Assembly (NCBI GenBank): GCA_965230295.1
Contig: OZ246001.1
Location: 3,520,001-3,584,000, forward strand
Direction: 5' to 3'
Source: Marinicella sp.
GTDB taxonomy: Bacteria; Pseudomonadota; Gammaproteobacteria; Xanthomonadales; Marinicellaceae
Length of the DNA stretch: 64,000 nucleotides
The notes under the pieces are model-generated. The model was not told where the DNA came from, made no database searches, and saw only the letters and a program-made list of their open reading frames with translations. The position numbers were made by a program, and so were the translations under genes. Position 1 is the stretch's first letter, and every line of letters begins with the position of its first letter. Of this stretch, positions 41,564 through 51,413 are shown one piece after another.

Positions 41564-42124
41564 ATGAAAGTCACTGAAACAAAACTGCCCGGCGTGTTGA
41601 TCATTGAGCCACAAGTGTTTGGTGATGACCGTGGTTATTTTATGGAGTCTTGGCAACAACAACGTTATCAAGAAGCCGGTATTCAACATTCATTTGTTCA
41701 AAGCAATGTATCTAAGTCACAGCATGGTGTGTTAAGAGGTTTGCATTTTCAAAACCCCAATCCGCAAGGTAAATTGGTCTATGTCCTGGAAGGTGAGGTT
41801 TTTGATGTGGCGGTGGATGTCAGAAAAGGTTCACCAACTTATGGTCAATCCGAATCCCTCATCATCAGTTCAGACAATCACAAGCAATTCTATGTGCCTG
41901 AGGGGTTTGCCCATGGCTTTTGTGTGTTGTCAGAGTCTGCCACCTTTTGTTATATGTGTACCAATTATTATGATGCCAGTGCAGATGCATCTATTTTATG
42001 GAATGATGAGTCTTTAGGGATAGACTGGCCTCTTACATCACCTATTTTGTCAGGAAAAGATTCTAAAGCATTGAAATTAAAGGACATAAACCCTGATAAA
42101 TTACCGGTTTATAAAGTTGAATAG
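41564..42124 (+). CDS. rmlC: dTDP-4-dehydrorhamnose 3,5-epimerase
   Basis: DDRGYFME, GVLRGLHFQ, DVAVDVRKGSPT and GFAHGF. Confidence 0.97.
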   Translation: MKVTETKLPGVLIIEPQVFGDDRGYFMESWQQQRYQEAGIQHSFVQSNVSKSQHGVLRGLHFQNPNPQGKLVYVLEGEVFDVAVDVRKGSPTYGQSESLIISSDNHKQFYVPEGFAHGFCVLSESATFCYMCTNYYDASADASILWNDESLGIDWPLTSPILSGKDSKALKLKDINPDKLPVYKVE

Positions 42125-42136
42125 TGTGGTGTTGAT

Positions 42137-43027
42137 ATGAAAGTGTTGTTGATCGGTGCAGAAGGACAAGTGGGGTTTGAGTTATGGAGAACATTACAAT
42201 TTAATCGAGAAGTGATACCCACCACATCTGATGGCCGTGAAGTAGACGGGATGACCACCATAAAGCTGGACTTGGCAGATGCGGCTGATATTGAAAAGAA
42301 AATTGATAACATCAAGCCTGATGTGATTTGTAATGCCGCGGCTTACACGATGGTAGATCGTGCAGAGTCAGAAAAGCAATGGGCTGAATTGATCAATTAT
42401 TCGGCCGTTGCAGTCATGGCAGCCGCTGCAAAACGAAATAAGTGTTTATTGGTGCATTACTCTACCGATTATGTGTTTTCTGGGGATCACAAATTTCCCT
42501 GGAAGGAAAATGACACCACCAACCCCAAATCAGTATATGGTCAAACCAAATTAGATGGTGAGCAAGCGATCATAGAAAGTGAATGTGAATACATGATATT
42601 TCGCACCGCATGGGTGTTTTCTACCCGCCGTCAAAACTTTCTAAAAACCATGTTGAGGCTGGCCGACAATCACCCGCAGATCAGTGTGGTTAATGATCAA
42701 CTGGGGGCACCCACATGGGCGGCCACCATCGCATTGGCGACCATGCTGGCTTTGAATATTCCAGAAACGGGTTTGTACCATTTAACCTCAAATGGTTCGA
42801 CCACCTGGTTTGGGTTTGCACAACGTATTTTTTCTCAAGCACAGAAAATCGGTTTGCTTGAAGACAAGCCAGAGTTGGTTCCCATTTCAACCAAAGACTT
42901 TCCTACAGATGCCGAAAGGCCCAAGTATTCTGTACTCAATTGCCAGAAATTTGAAGGTACGTTTAATGTTAAACTACCGCATTGGCAAACCACTTTACAA
43001 CTATGTATGCAAAGGATGAAACCATGA
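42137..43027 (+). CDS. rmlD: dTDP-4-dehydrorhamnose reductase
   Basis: GAEGQVG, NAAAYT, STDYVF, YGQTKLDGE and DQLGAPT. Confidence 0.97.
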   Translation: MKVLLIGAEGQVGFELWRTLQFNREVIPTTSDGREVDGMTTIKLDLADAADIEKKIDNIKPDVICNAAAYTMVDRAESEKQWAELINYSAVAVMAAAAKRNKCLLVHYSTDYVFSGDHKFPWKENDTTNPKSVYGQTKLDGEQAIIESECEYMIFRTAWVFSTRRQNFLKTMLRLADNHPQISVVNDQLGAPTWAATIALATMLALNIPETGLYHLTSNGSTTWFGFAQRIFSQAQKIGLLEDKPELVPISTKDFPTDAERPKYSVLNCQKFEGTFNVKLPHWQTTLQLCMQRMKP

Positions 43028-44469
43028 AAATAATACCCGTCATATTATCTGGTGGCGCTGGTACCCGATTGTGGCCAGTTTCCCGAAAAGCTTACCCCAA
43101 ACCATTCATGCAATTGGCTGATGGTAAAACTTTGGCGGAACTGACTTTCGATCGCGCCATTGATATTTCTACAGAAGGTGAAGTTGTTACCGTAACTTCA
43201 AGAGATTATTACTTTTTATGCAAGGATATTTATAAGAAAAATGCCAAATGCGACATTGAAAAGCAGACATTTTTACTCGAGCCAACAGGTAGAAACACAG
43301 CCCCTGCGATTGCTTTGGCGGCATTGAAAGTACAACAGGCCTATGGTGATGAAGCCATCATGGTCATCATGCCGTCTGACCATTTAATCAAAGACATTGA
43401 TACCTTCAATGAAACAGTTAAACAAGCCGCTGAATTGGCTGGCCAAGGTTATTTGACCACGTTTGGTATTTTTCCAACAGCGCCTGAAACAGGTTATGGT
43501 TACATCAAAGCGGGTGAAAAACTCAATGACCAAGCGTCGGTGATTGACCAATTTGTCGAAAAACCCAATTTAGACGTGGCCAAGTCCTACTTGGCATCAG
43601 GAGATTACAGTTGGAACTCGGGGATGTTTGCCTTTCAAGTGGGTGGATTATTGGCAGCGATGCAAAGTACTGCTCCTGACGTGTTGATTGAATCTAAGCG
43701 ATGTTTTGAGTCAACAGACACAGCGGGCAACCAAATTGAATTCGAATTGTCACAGTTCATGCAATTACCAGATATTTCAATCGATTATGCGGTGATGGAG
43801 AAAGCACCCCAACGAGCTGTGGTTGATTCCAGATTTGATTGGAATGACATTGGCTCCTGGAATGCCATGGCCAGTTTGTCCGATTGTGATGATGCCGGAA
43901 ACCGCATTGAAGGCAAAGCCATAACCGTAGACTCGCAAAATTGTTATATCCGTGCAGGCGACCGATTGGTTGCAACAGTAGGGGTCAATGATTTGATGGT
44001 GGTTGATACCACTGATGCCGTATTAATCGCTCACAAAGACAAGTCTCAAGGAGTGAAGGATGTGGTGCAGTTTCTCAAAGCCAAAGATCATGAAGCGGCG
44101 GTGTTTCATAAGACCGTGCATCGCCCATGGGGCAGTTACACCATTTTAGAAGACGAAGATGACTGCAAAGTGAAACGACTGGTGGTCAAGCCCGGACAGG
44201 TGTTGTCATTGCAGCTACATCATAAGCGCAGTGAACACTGGACAGTGGTGTCAGGAACAGCCAAAGTCAGGGTAGGTGATGATGAGTTTCTTCTGGAAGC
44301 CAATAAATCAGTCTATATTCCTGTTGAGACTTTGCACCGCCTGGAAAACCCGACCGATGAAGACATTGCACTGATCGAGGTCCAATGTGGTAGTTATTTT
44401 GGCGAGGACGACATTGAAAGGTTTGAAGACATTTACGGAAGAATAGATGACAAACAAGCCAGTTCTTGA
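43024..44469 (+). CDS. manC: Mannose-1-phosphate guanylyltransferase/mannose-6-phosphate isomerase
   Basis: ILSGGAGTRLWPVSR, RNTAPA, ETGYGYI, SIDYAVME and the cupin region RPWG...LSLQLHHKRSEHW. Start at ATG 43024. Confidence 0.97.
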   Translation: MKIIPVILSGGAGTRLWPVSRKAYPKPFMQLADGKTLAELTFDRAIDISTEGEVVTVTSRDYYFLCKDIYKKNAKCDIEKQTFLLEPTGRNTAPAIALAALKVQQAYGDEAIMVIMPSDHLIKDIDTFNETVKQAAELAGQGYLTTFGIFPTAPETGYGYIKAGEKLNDQASVIDQFVEKPNLDVAKSYLASGDYSWNSGMFAFQVGGLLAAMQSTAPDVLIESKRCFESTDTAGNQIEFELSQFMQLPDISIDYAVMEKAPQRAVVDSRFDWNDIGSWNAMASLSDCDDAGNRIEGKAITVDSQNCYIRAGDRLVATVGVNDLMVVDTTDAVLIAHKDKSQGVKDVVQFLKAKDHEAAVFHKTVHRPWGSYTILEDEDDCKVKRLVVKPGQVLSLQLHHKRSEHWTVVSGTAKVRVGDDEFLLEANKSVYIPVETLHRLENPTDEDIALIEVQCGSYFGEDDIERFEDIYGRIDDKQASS

Positions 44470-45244
44470 TGCAGCATTTCTGAATACAGCCCTTGAAGTG
44501 GCAAAAACTGCCGCCAAAAAGGCAGAACTTGTCATCAGTGGTTATTATCAGGCCAATGATCTGGCCACAGAAGTCAAAGGCGATCATACTCCAGTCACCA
44601 TTGCCGATAAAGAGTCTGAACAAGTCATCCGTGCTGAAATCAGTGAAAACTTTCCTGAGCACGGAATTTTTGGTGAAGAATTTGGCCGGTCAGACAAAGA
44701 AGACAGTGATTTCTTGTGGTTAATAGACCCCATTGATGGCACCAAAAGTTTTGTTCGCCAATATCCGTTTTTTTCTACCCAGATCGCACTGATGTATCAA
44801 GGTGAATTGGTGGTAGGTGTATCCAATGCACCTGTGTTTGATGAAATGGCATGGGCGACTCAAAGTGGCGGCGCCTTTCTGAACGGAAAGCCCATCAAAG
44901 TGAACCCTGTTTTCGAGTCACACAGCTCATGTGTTTCAACAGGAAACATCCAGTCATTAGTTAACAATAATTGGCAAAGTTTTGGGAAATTGCTCACAAA
45001 ATTCAGTAAAATAAGAGGCTACGGAGACTTTTATCATTATCATCTGCTGGCTTCAGGTAAGATTGATCTGGTGGTTGAATCGGATGTGAATATTTTAGAC
45101 ATTGCCGCTTTGACATTGATTGTGAATGAAGCGGGTGGTGTCATCACCGATTTAGCAGGGAAGTCAATAGATTTACAAACCAGTAGTGTGTTGGCTGGAA
45201 CAGAATCAACCCATGCGTTAGGACTTAAAACCTTAAATGAATGA
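44447..45244 (+). CDS. Inositol monophosphatase family protein (HisN-like)
   Basis: PVTIADKESE, GEEFG, WLIDPIDGTKSF and DIAAL...EAGG. Confidence 0.88.
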   Translation: MTNKPVLDAAFLNTALEVAKTAAKKAELVISGYYQANDLATEVKGDHTPVTIADKESEQVIRAEISENFPEHGIFGEEFGRSDKEDSDFLWLIDPIDGTKSFVRQYPFFSTQIALMYQGELVVGVSNAPVFDEMAWATQSGGAFLNGKPIKVNPVFESHSSCVSTGNIQSLVNNNWQSFGKLLTKFSKIRGYGDFYHYHLLASGKIDLVVESDVNILDIAALTLIVNEAGGVITDLAGKSIDLQTSSVLAGTESTHALGLKTLNE

Positions 45245-46019
45245 ATTATTGAAGGGCATTGAAGAATTGGCCGTCGTTGCCGGTTCTGCCATCTTGAAAG
45301 TATATGAATCAGATGATTTTGGCGTCGACCACAAAGCTGATGAATCACCATTAACCAAAGCAGATTTGGCATCACACAATGTGATCGTGGATGGTTTACA
45401 ACAACTCACTCCGGATATACCCGTTTTGTCTGAAGAATCGGCAGATATCGATTTTGAAGTTCGTAAAACCTGGGGTAAATATTGGTTGGTTGATCCTTTG
45501 GATGGAACCAAAGAATTCATCAAAAGAAACGGTGAGTTTACCGTAAACATCGCATTGATTGAGTCTGGGAAAGCCGTGATGTCTGTGGTCTATGTTCCTG
45601 TTACTGACATCAGTTACTCAGCTGCAGTCGGGGTAGGGGTTTTTAAACGTGAAAATGGCAAAAAATCTTCTATTGGCGTGATGAAAAACAGCCGTTTTAA
45701 ACCCACTGTAGTTGGCAGCAGATCTCATATGAGTGATGATGTGAAGTCATACCTCGATCGATTGGGTCAACATGATTTGGTGAGTATGGGCAGTTCATTG
45801 AAATTTTGTCTGGTTGCTGAGGGAAAAGCTGATTTGTATCCCAGATTGGGGCTGACTTCAGAATGGGACACCGCAGCAGCTCAATGCATTGTAGAGCAAG
45901 CGGGTGGACAGGTGGTGACTTTAGATGGTGAACCCCTGTTATACAACACCAAAGATTCTTTGCTCAATCCGTTTTTCATGGTTTTTGGCGATAAAAGCAA
46001 AGATTGGGTTAACATTTAA
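45237..46019 (+). CDS. cysQ: 3'(2'),5'-bisphosphate nucleotidase
   Basis: SPLTKAD, LVDPLDGTKEF, GEFTVNIAL, GSRSH, GSSLKFC and EWDTAA. Confidence 0.96.
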   Translation: MNELLKGIEELAVVAGSAILKVYESDDFGVDHKADESPLTKADLASHNVIVDGLQQLTPDIPVLSEESADIDFEVRKTWGKYWLVDPLDGTKEFIKRNGEFTVNIALIESGKAVMSVVYVPVTDISYSAAVGVGVFKRENGKKSSIGVMKNSRFKPTVVGSRSHMSDDVKSYLDRLGQHDLVSMGSSLKFCLVAEGKADLYPRLGLTSEWDTAAAQCIVEQAGGQVVTLDGEPLLYNTKDSLLNPFFMVFGDKSKDWVNI

Positions 46020-46042
46020 CTGACTGACGTTCAACGGTTTTC

Positions 46043-46067
46043 AAAAGGGCCATTTAATGGCTCTTTT
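46043..46067. terminator. Bidirectional intrinsic terminator
   Basis: AAAAGGGCCATT...AATGGCTCTTTT between convergent cysQ and hslR. Confidence 0.75.
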
Positions 46068-46078
46068 ATTATATAAGT

Positions 46079-46477
46079 TCAGGACTTGTCTTTCAGCGAC
46101 TTGATGTCGCGCCTTTGCTTTTTGGTAGGTCTTTTGTCAGGTCTTGGTGTACTGTGGTATTCCATCTTTTTCAGCAAGCTTTGTGACTCTCTTTGATGCT
46201 TGCTTTCATTGGTTTCTTGATACAAAGTTTGTGCTATGGTGGCCGAACCTCGTTTGTCAGCCAGTCCAAGCACTTCGACTTCCCAAGTCACATCATTTTT
46301 CTTGATACTGATCAGGTCGCCAATCTGTACATTTCTGGAAGGCTTACATTTTTGACCTGAGATCTTAATTTTGCCTTGTTCGACTTGTTTTTTGGCCAGT
46401 GATCGAGTCTTAAAAAATCGACTTGCCCACAGCCATTTATCTATTCTAACCATATCGAATTGCTTTGTTTGTGCCAT
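46079..46477 (-). CDS. hslR: Ribosome-associated heat shock protein Hsp15 (S4 domain)
   Basis: VRIDKWLWASRFFKTRSLA, KRGSATIAQTLYQET and RPTKKQRR. Confidence 0.95.
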   Translation of the reverse strand: MAQTKQFDMVRIDKWLWASRFFKTRSLAKKQVEQGKIKISGQKCKPSRNVQIGDLISIKKNDVTWEVEVLGLADKRGSATIAQTLYQETNESKHQRESQSLLKKMEYHSTPRPDKRPTKKQRRDIKSLKDKS

Positions 46478-46505
46478 AAAAAAGGGCACCCAAGGGGCGC
46501 CCTTT
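46478..46505 (-). terminator. Intrinsic terminator after the secreted-protein gene
   Basis: The minus strand reads AAAGGGCGCCC-ctt-GGGTGCCCTTTTTT. Confidence 0.85.
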
Positions 46506-46528
46506 GTATTGTAAACGAAAATCAGAAG

Positions 46529-49393
46529 TTATGGAGCAGGTGCTTCACAACCAGTAACCCTGACATCGTCAATGACCCAACCTGCAGGTCGACCTAATGA
46601 AATGTCAGAAGTCATGCGGAAGGCAAACTGAACATCCTGACCAGCATAGGCGTCAATGTTTACACTGAATTCAGTGGCAGCCATTGGGTCACCACACCAT
46701 GCTTGTGTACCAGCTGGTAATGGATGACTGAATCCTCCAGCTGTAGGTCCATCATAGTCATTGGCTATGATGTCAGCATTGGTGACTTGGGTAAACGGTC
46801 CGCCGCCCACTGAAACTTCAAGGGTTGCTGAATCATAACAACCAGGTGCATTCGATTCAATGGTCTGCGTGTTCCAGAATCTCAACGTCAATGGTCCAAC
46901 ACCATTAGGCAAGGACATGACAGGTGTTAATAAACTGGTGTCATTCACTTCAGCCAAATCATCAGCCTGGAATGCTTGAGTTCCGCCATTACCAACAGCT
47001 TCTAAGGCCCAGTTGGTTTGACCCACTTGGGTATCGATGGTGAAACCTTCGTCATCCACATCAAAATCATAAGCGAATTGATCAGTGATCACAGTACCTG
47101 CCGCACAGGTACCCGGTGCCACGCTGGTGGTGAATGAGAATATGGCACTAACAGATGTGTCACATGAGTTGGTTGCACTGACACGCCAGAAATGCTCTGT
47201 ATCTGAAGCCAACGGGTTTGTAGTCGTATAAGTATTGGTACTTACAGTGGCCGAATCAACAATGTTGGTAAATGCCAAATCAGTTGCAATCTCAATTAAG
47301 TAAGATTCTGCATTAGCCATGGCATCCCAAGTAAATGTTGGTGTTGCTAGTACACCAGTGGCGGTATCGGCAGGTGCTGTTAAATTAGCAGAACCTGGTG
47401 CCCCATCGGCATAGAAGAAGTCAATGACCACATCTTTAACGATGTCTGGAATGACCACAGGTGCTTCAAAGCCGCCAGCAAAAATCAGATCAGGAGCGCC
47501 GGGATCAGGCACACCTGGACCGGTTGCTCTGATGGTCATGGTGGTAGGGCCATTGGTGCCCGAATTGTCAACATCAAAGCTGTAGTTTGATGTGGCATCT
47601 GGTACCACCATGTCAGGTGATATCACTCCATTGGTAACAAAACCAGGTATATCAAACTCGGTCAAAGTCACAGTTTCTGCATAACCTTGTAGTGCTGTTA
47701 CATCAAAGTCAATGGAGTAACTGCTGCCAGAGCAGACACTGATTGATGCAGGATTGGCACCAATGTTGAAAGATGCAGAACCGAATTGGTTCTCAGCCAA
47801 ACCCACTATCGTGTTGGTTGGTGCACCCCGGTGATCTGTCCAGATCATGGCCAGCTTGTCGTTGACTACTGATAAACCATTGTAATCTCCCCATTCGAAA
47901 TTACCAGCGATGTTGGTAGAAGTAACGGTTGAGATCCTTTGTGCCCCTTCCGGTAACCATGATGCACCGCCATCAGTCGATACATTGTAGTAAAAATCAA
48001 CGCCAGTTCTGTTGACTGAGTTTCGGGTGTCATAGAAACCAATATGAATTTCGTCACTGTTGCCAACCATCATCCATGGGTGGAATCTGTCAATGGCATT
48101 ATTTGATCCACCTGAAAGCGGGCCATCTTCTGGATGAGGTTTGGGTAATTCATTCCATGTAGCACCAGCATCTGTTGATTTGAACACACGAATTTCGCCG
48201 CGGTTGGCTGATGCCACAGTTTGTCCGCCACCGGCACTGTCTGCAGTTTCATCTGTGATCGCAACATAAATGTTGTCATTGGAATCTACATCTACAGCAG
48301 CATAAATGAACACTTCACGTGTTTCCATGGCAGGAATGGGGAAGTCAAAACGCCCTCTGATGGGGGTCACTTGAACCACCGGGTCAAAGGTTAAACCGCC
48401 ATCGGTTGATTTGGTTAAATTGATACCCGAACCGTTTAAGCCAGGATAAATGTAGTAGATGTTACCAGCTGAGTCGGTGGTGATGTCACTACCAATTCCG
48501 GTGTCAGTACCCACATTGATAGGGGTCGACCAAGTCTCACCGTTATCAGTTGATCTTGAAAAGCGCATTTGATTGTTTTTATGGTAGGTGATGTAGACAT
48601 TATCAACATGCGGTGACGAAGGTGATCGGTCCACGTGAATGAACTCTTTGTCATTTTGCTGATCGCCATCAATGGTGATCATTGGGGCCCAAGTTTGGCC
48701 GCCATCATCTGACCAGGATGCACGGATGTTACAAACTGCACCACAGTTACCTAAGTCTGCTTGGTAAACCCTTTGAGGAGACACTGCAGTGGTTGACCAA
48801 TCAACTGTTGGATCACAGCATGAACCTGGGTTAACTTGTGACAAAGTCCAAGTTTCACCACTATCTGTACTGTAAAACATGGATTGACCGCCACCCGCAT
48901 TGACACCAGCCACAGCTTGTGTGGGGTCATCAGGGTTGAATTCTATGGTTGACTCGGCGCCTGCGGTTAACAGAACCTCCAGATCTGGATCAACCACACC
49001 ACCACGGTAATTTTTATCTTGTGTGCCATCTAAATTATTTGGATGATGATATAAACCCAAACCTTCTTTGTACCAATTACCATCGATGATTAAACCACCG
49101 TAATTGATCAAAAAGGTTTGATAAAGTTCTCTGGGGTAGAAATCACCAATACCTGGATTTTGTTTACGTGCCCAAACCTTATAGAACACGGGGACATTTC
49201 TAAGGTATTGATCATTTTCCGGTAAAAGTGCCAAGTCTGATGCTGTGAGCTGATAGTTTCTATCATCCCAAGGACCATATTGAGTTAAAGATGAATAATC
49301 AACGGATTGATCAACACCCAGTTCTTGTCTTATTTCTGCAAAGGCAGTGAAGCTCATTGTCAAAAACAAAACGATTAAAAATCTAATTTTCAT
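46529..49393 (-). CDS. Secreted Asp-box (BNR, sialidase-like) beta-propeller protein with Ig/FnIII-like and C-terminal jelly-roll domains
   Basis: Signal peptide ending AFA. Six Asp-boxes: STDSGETW, SDDGGQTW, STDNGETW, STDGGLTF, STDAGATW and STDGGASW. Also WGDY, FnIII-like PTFTW...HFWRVSATNSC and a C-terminal FRMTSD...GWVIDDV. Confidence 0.8.
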   Translation of the reverse strand: MKIRFLIVLFLTMSFTAFAEIRQELGVDQSVDYSSLTQYGPWDDRNYQLTASDLALLPENDQYLRNVPVFYKVWARKQNPGIGDFYPRELYQTFLINYGGLIIDGNWYKEGLGLYHHPNNLDGTQDKNYRGGVVDPDLEVLLTAGAESTIEFNPDDPTQAVAGVNAGGGQSMFYSTDSGETWTLSQVNPGSCCDPTVDWSTTAVSPQRVYQADLGNCGAVCNIRASWSDDGGQTWAPMITIDGDQQNDKEFIHVDRSPSSPHVDNVYITYHKNNQMRFSRSTDNGETWSTPINVGTDTGIGSDITTDSAGNIYYIYPGLNGSGINLTKSTDGGLTFDPVVQVTPIRGRFDFPIPAMETREVFIYAAVDVDSNDNIYVAITDETADSAGGGQTVASANRGEIRVFKSTDAGATWNELPKPHPEDGPLSGGSNNAIDRFHPWMMVGNSDEIHIGFYDTRNSVNRTGVDFYYNVSTDGGASWLPEGAQRISTVTSTNIAGNFEWGDYNGLSVVNDKLAMIWTDHRGAPTNTIVGLAENQFGSASFNIGANPASISVCSGSSYSIDFDVTALQGYAETVTLTEFDIPGFVTNGVISPDMVVPDATSNYSFDVDNSGTNGPTTMTIRATGPGVPDPGAPDLIFAGGFEAPVVIPDIVKDVVIDFFYADGAPGSANLTAPADTATGVLATPTFTWDAMANAESYLIEIATDLAFTNIVDSATVSTNTYTTTNPLASDTEHFWRVSATNSCDTSVSAIFSFTTSVAPGTCAAGTVITDQFAYDFDVDDEGFTIDTQVGQTNWALEAVGNGGTQAFQADDLAEVNDTSLLTPVMSLPNGVGPLTLRFWNTQTIESNAPGCYDSATLEVSVGGGPFTQVTNADIIANDYDGPTAGGFSHPLPAGTQAWCGDPMAATEFSVNIDAYAGQDVQFAFRMTSDISLGRPAGWVIDDVRVTGCEAPAP

Positions 49394-49552
49394 TAAAATA
49401 CCTCTCTCTTTTTTATAATGTTGGAAAAGCGATGATAAGTGGTGGATTCACCAATTACAAGTAAGAATTAGATTAATATTAGAAAAATTATATGTAAGTT
49501 ATTTTTTGCTTAAATATTGCACACAATTCACCTGGTTTTAAACAATCGTTTG

Positions 49553-50836
49553 TTACAATTCTTTCTTCGGTGGAACCAGTAAATTGCCCACCAACAATCC
49601 AACTGATATGGCGACAGCAATTAACACGGCATTGAATGCAGCTTGTACTCCTGTCATGGTGTCATTGGTGTACATGGCAGATAAAGAATTAAACCCGATG
49701 CTGCCAGGAACCAACAATATGATGCCCGGGATATGCATCACCGAGGCCGGGTTTGAACTGATTCTTGAGTATATATTTCCGGCGATAGAAACCAACATGA
49801 CCGCAACCAAGGATTTAAAGGGTTGTTCCATCCACAAACCAATGAAACTTGAACCCAGGTAAGCCAAAGCAATGGATAGGAAAATCCAAAAAGTGTCAGC
49901 CATTCTGGCTTTGAATAGTACTGAAAAACACAAGGCTGTAACCACCAAAGCCAAATAACTGAACCATGTAGGAACGGCATCAAGTTTATGTACTTCTGTT
50001 TCACCATAAATACTTTGGGCCACTAGATAACCCAATGCCAGGCCAAAAGACAACAGGAACAGCGTGGTCACCGCACCTGCCATTCGGCTGCTTCCTGAAA
50101 CCAAATGTCCTGTTGATAATTCCCTCATGGCCACAGTGATGCCTAGCCCGGGCACCAAAATAATCAGTCCGGCCAAAGATACCAAGAAATGATCGATCGT
50201 TTGCCAGTAATGACTGATGGTTACGGCTGTAAATCCGACGATCATGGCAGCCAAAGGTGTCAGTAATTGCGACAAGTATTTGAAGGGTGCACTGTAGATG
50301 GTGATGATGCCGGTGATTAAACCCAAAATTGATGCGGTTATGACATCTGACCAACTGCCAGAAAACAGGGTTGTGAAGCCACCACCAACAACACCAAAAG
50401 ACAAAGCAAACAGCCAGTTAGGGTATTCATTAGGTTTGTTGGTGATGTCTTTTATGGACTTCAATGCGGTATCAAGATCGATGACATCATTCTCAAGCTT
50501 ATTGATGACCGCATTGATGGTGTGCAAAGTGTTGAGGTTGATGTCATTGGGATTGGTTTTGATCATGTAAGAACGCTGGCTGTATTCATCTTCACCAATG
50601 CTGGCCAAGACAGCCGTGGGCATGGCAAAGAAACTGGCAGCCAGATCAAACTTGTCCGAGATCACTTGCATGTAGGACTCTAACCTATGGGCAGGGGATC
50701 CTGCTTCAGAAATGGCTCGACAGATGTGTAATAAAATGTTGGCTTGTTTCCGGCGAGTGACTCGATCACGTTTCCGGTTATCTTGGTTGACCGCGTCAGG
50801 AAGGTGACTGCCTTTTAATTGTCGTTCTTTGGCCAT
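49553..50836 (-). CDS. Threonine/serine exporter (ThrE family)
   Basis: EAGSPAHRLE, FFAMPT, IILVPGLGITVAMREL, SGSSR and PGIILLVPG. About 10 TM segments. Confidence 0.9.
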   Translation of the reverse strand: MAKERQLKGSHLPDAVNQDNRKRDRVTRRKQANILLHICRAISEAGSPAHRLESYMQVISDKFDLAASFFAMPTAVLASIGEDEYSQRSYMIKTNPNDINLNTLHTINAVINKLENDVIDLDTALKSIKDITNKPNEYPNWLFALSFGVVGGGFTTLFSGSWSDVITASILGLITGIITIYSAPFKYLSQLLTPLAAMIVGFTAVTISHYWQTIDHFLVSLAGLIILVPGLGITVAMRELSTGHLVSGSSRMAGAVTTLFLLSFGLALGYLVAQSIYGETEVHKLDAVPTWFSYLALVVTALCFSVLFKARMADTFWIFLSIALAYLGSSFIGLWMEQPFKSLVAVMLVSIAGNIYSRISSNPASVMHIPGIILLVPGSIGFNSLSAMYTNDTMTGVQAAFNAVLIAVAISVGLLVGNLLVPPKKEL

Positions 50837-51413
50837 GGTAGTGATGAATGATTCTGAATAAAATCAATGTTAACCCGATTCCGGTATATATCAAAGGTTC
50901 AGTTATATCAGATTTAACTAACCACACAAAATGTAAGCATCCTAAGCCAATGACCAGATAAATACTTTGATGCAAACGTTTCCATTTTTTACCCATTTTT
51001 CTGATCATCCGCTTGTTTGAAGTGATGGCCATGGGTAACATCAACAGCCAAGCCAACATGCCAACTGTGATGTACGGTCTTTCGAGGACATCTTCAAAAA
51101 AGTGGCCCCAGTTCAGGCCTAAATCTAACCAAACATAAACGGTGAGGTGGAGACATGCATAGAAAAAAGTGAACAGCCCCAGCATGCGTCTGAGTCTGAT
51201 GAATAGGGCTGAACCAGTGAGTACCTTCATTGGTGTCATGGCCAGAGTGACCAATAAAATTCTCAAGGTCCAGATACCAGTGCGGTGTAAAATCTCCTCA
51301 ATTGGATCAGCGGTTAAATTGTTTTGAAAACCATCATAAACAATCATGCCCAAAGGGATCAGGCATACCATGAAAAGCAAAACTTTAATGGTGGTGAGGT
51401 GTCGAATCATCAA
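50796..51413 (-). CDS. msrQ: Protein-methionine-sulfoxide reductase heme subunit
   Basis: ADPIEEILHRTG, RRMLGL, LHLTVY, RPYITVG, AITSN and WKRLH. Confidence 0.95.
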   Translation of the reverse strand: MMIRHLTTIKVLLFMVCLIPLGMIVYDGFQNNLTADPIEEILHRTGIWTLRILLVTLAMTPMKVLTGSALFIRLRRMLGLFTFFYACLHLTVYVWLDLGLNWGHFFEDVLERPYITVGMLAWLLMLPMAITSNKRMIRKMGKKWKRLHQSIYLVIGLGCLHFVWLVKSDITEPLIYTGIGLTLILFRIIHHYHGQRTTIKRQSPS

